A DNA stretch of 20,000 bases from an uncultured virus (IMG/VR IMGVR_UViG_3300027970_000018) (lineage: Duplodnaviria; Heunggongvirae; Uroviricota; Caudoviricetes). A program made the position numbers and the translations under genes. This document shows positions 18,323 to 20,000 of the stretch, piece after piece. Under the pieces are notes generated by a model, which saw only the letters and a list, made by a program, of their open reading frames with translations, was not told the DNA's origin and searched no databases. Within the stretch, counting starts at the first letter, position 1; every line of letters begins with the position of its first letter. The DNA lies in the IMG/VR virus record IMGVR_UViG_3300027970_000018. One strand, written 5' to 3'.

Positions 18323-18628
18323 ATGTTTTGTAGAACTGTATTAGTAAAGAATAGTGTATTCACTAAAGAACAGGTAGAAGCTGGGGAAGCTGCTATTGAA
18401 ATATTTACATTAGTAGATAAAGGAGACCCAATGGTTAAAGTATCTAAAGATGACACAAAAACATTTAAGGTTAAAGGCATAGTGTGGGGAGTAGATATAC
18501 ACACTAGGGAAATAGATGGGGAATATTATACAGCGTTTGAAGTTCCACCTAAAACAGCTCTTCTAGTACAAGTTGGTCCAGTAGGTGTCGTAACAATGAC
18601 GGCAATAGCTATACGTGAAGAAGAGTAG
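18323..18628 (+). CDS. hypothetical protein (101 aa)
   Basis: ORF with an AT-rich leader. Confidence 0.7.
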   Translation: MFCRTVLVKNSVFTKEQVEAGEAAIEIFTLVDKGDPMVKVSKDDTKTFKVKGIVWGVDIHTREIDGEYYTAFEVPPKTALLVQVGPVGVVTMTAIAIREEE

Positions 18629-18927
18629 AATGTTGTCTCATAGACGAAGAATGTTACACAAAATCTAAAAAGTATGTACGGAGTAGTAGAAAAAAGCGTG
18701 AATGAACTCACAATATTTAGACAGCAAAGGGATTTAGCAGGTCTTTTGGAGGTAAGTACGGCAACAATCCGTAGAAAACATCACCTACCTTGTTGGGAAA
18801 CGGAAAAATATATAATTTATAATCCCGTCAATGTGTACCTTAAAGCAAGAGATTTCAATAAAATAGGCAATTTAAAGGCTAAAATGTGGTAAATGTCGTC
18901 TCATAGACGAAAAATGTTACACAAAAT
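18629..18927 (+). repeat. 36-bp direct repeat pair (34/36 identical)
   Basis: AATGTTGTCTCATAGACGAAGAATGTTACACAAAAT (18629-64) and AATGTCGTCTCATAGACGAAAAATGTTACACAAAAT (18892-927). Confidence 0.9.
18674..18892 (+). CDS. small helix-turn-helix-like protein (72 aa)
   Basis: IFRQQRDLAGLLEVSTATIRRK fits an HTH pattern. Confidence 0.6.
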   Translation: MYGVVEKSVNELTIFRQQRDLAGLLEVSTATIRRKHHLPCWETEKYIIYNPVNVYLKARDFNKIGNLKAKMW

Positions 18928-18956
18928 AAGTATAAATCAATTAAAAATCATAGAAA

Positions 18957-19403
18957 ATGGCTAAAGGAACAACAGTTTACAAGGACTTCATGTCTTTGGG
19001 ACAAGTGGAAACACTAAAAAACAACAGTACTAAGGTACGATGGCAAGAAAGTGGGGGTGATTTCTCGGATGGTATTAGGGTTGGGATTCCCGCAAAGGTA
19101 AAAAATGGTTCGATAAAACCATTAAGTGAAAAAGAATTAAAGCTTGAAGTACAAAGAGTTAGAAACAAAAAGTTCAATACAACTCATATAGAGCTAAAAG
19201 CATACCCAAGAACATTCCAAACATCAATAGGAGAGTACCTAATAACAGACGCAACAAAAGTAATAAACAACTTCCTATACCCCAACGAAATCCAAAGACA
19301 TGGGGAAGTAAAAGCATTCTATTATAGCAAAAATGAAGAAGAATGTAGCAAAGTTTTTAGAGCTACAACCGAGATGGAGTGGGTGATTGAGCATAATGGT
19401 TAG
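18957..19403 (+). CDS. hypothetical protein (148 aa)
   Basis: ORF with an A-rich leader. Confidence 0.7.
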   Translation: MAKGTTVYKDFMSLGQVETLKNNSTKVRWQESGGDFSDGIRVGIPAKVKNGSIKPLSEKELKLEVQRVRNKKFNTTHIELKAYPRTFQTSIGEYLITDATKVINNFLYPNEIQRHGEVKAFYYSKNEEECSKVFRATTEMEWVIEHNG

Positions 19404-19799
19404 ATTGGTAGTGTACCCCAAACCCAATTGGGAGAATGGCGGATAAAACGCTTACATTTTTTCAGAAAAATCCCCAACCCCAAATCAAAGGGGGTACGCT
19501 TTTCACATCCCCAAAGGTGTGTAACCCTATGCATTACTCTAATCTTATGGTTCGTTGTGTACTCTTAGTCTGTTTACTTAATAGATTTCTTTTATGTCTG
19601 TAAGGACTGATATAGAGTAAATTTATGTTTGTTTTCTTGTGTTTTGATTTTCGCACTATTCGTACGGGGGTTATGTTCATAGAAAATACAGACCAATTGT
19701 TGGTGGGTACTACGTTTCAGGCGGCAGGGTGTAGTACCCCAATTTTTTATGCCCAAAAGTCAATTAAAACAAATCAATTAATACTTAAAATTTAAAATT

Positions 19800-20000
19800 A
19801 TGAAAACAATTTACCTACATGACAGAAATTGGAACAAAATCCAATTTGAATATTCTGATATTTCAGAATTAAAAGAAGAATTAGAAAGTAGAGGTATTCG
19901 TATTGGAGACGGTGCAAGTATTGGAATCAATGTAAGTATTGGAATCAATGCAAGTATTGGAATCGATGCAAGTATTGGAGACCGTGCAAGTATTGGATAC
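19800..20000 (+). CDS. hexapeptide-repeat (left-handed beta-helix) protein, 5' part
   Basis: Manually translated MKTIYLHDRNWNKIQFEYSDISELKEELESRGIR-IGDGAS-IGINVS-IGINAS-IGIDAS-IGDRAS-IGY; 18-bp DNA repeat from ~19900; runs off the window. Confidence 0.8.
   Translation, partial: MKTIYLHDRNWNKIQFEYSDISELKEELESRGIRIGDGASIGINVSIGINASIGIDASIGDRASIGY

Noticed and set aside
18629..18927. Mini-CRISPR from 36-bp repeats
   Set aside because: Only two copies, separated by 227 bp that encode an ORF, which is far too long for a spacer.
16203..19177. Minus-strand ORFs 16203-16403, 16968-17168, 17553-17786, 18316-18504, 18526-18711, 18977-19177
   Set aside because: Short and antisense to + genes or to the structured region, with no motifs; 17553-17786 is better explained by RNA structure on the + strand.

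Overview
AT-rich, gene-dense segment of a probable large tailed phage of a Bacteroidota host. Support for this: TTG-N19-21-TAnnTTTG promoters, A-rich translation starts without Shine-Dalgarno, a DUF4494-like gene, many short overlapping orphan ORFs and no housekeeping operon context. Block 1 (+, 1-10387) carries a recombination module: RecA interrupted in its P-loop by a 280-aa HNH-type intein, a Zn-ribbon protein, a RuvC-like resolvase and an SSB-like protein. A proteostasis module follows: retropepsin-like protease, DUF4494, an unusual two-domain GroES and a divergent GroEL. Block 2 (-, 10347-14976) encodes a metallophosphoesterase, small orphans and probable virion/tail-fibre proteins. A ~1.2 kb repeat-rich non-coding divergence region (14977-16155) follows. 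Block 3 (+, 16156-20000) is gene-sparse and looks like an early region. It contains an ORF-free stretch of ~0.7-0.9 kb that folds by eye into many nested G-U-containing helices with GNRA loops (candidate large ncRNA, the main unexplained feature). It also holds palindromic promoter-like motifs, an HTH gene bracketed by 36-bp direct repeats and the start of a hexapeptide-repeat gene. All family calls come from motif recognition, not database searches.
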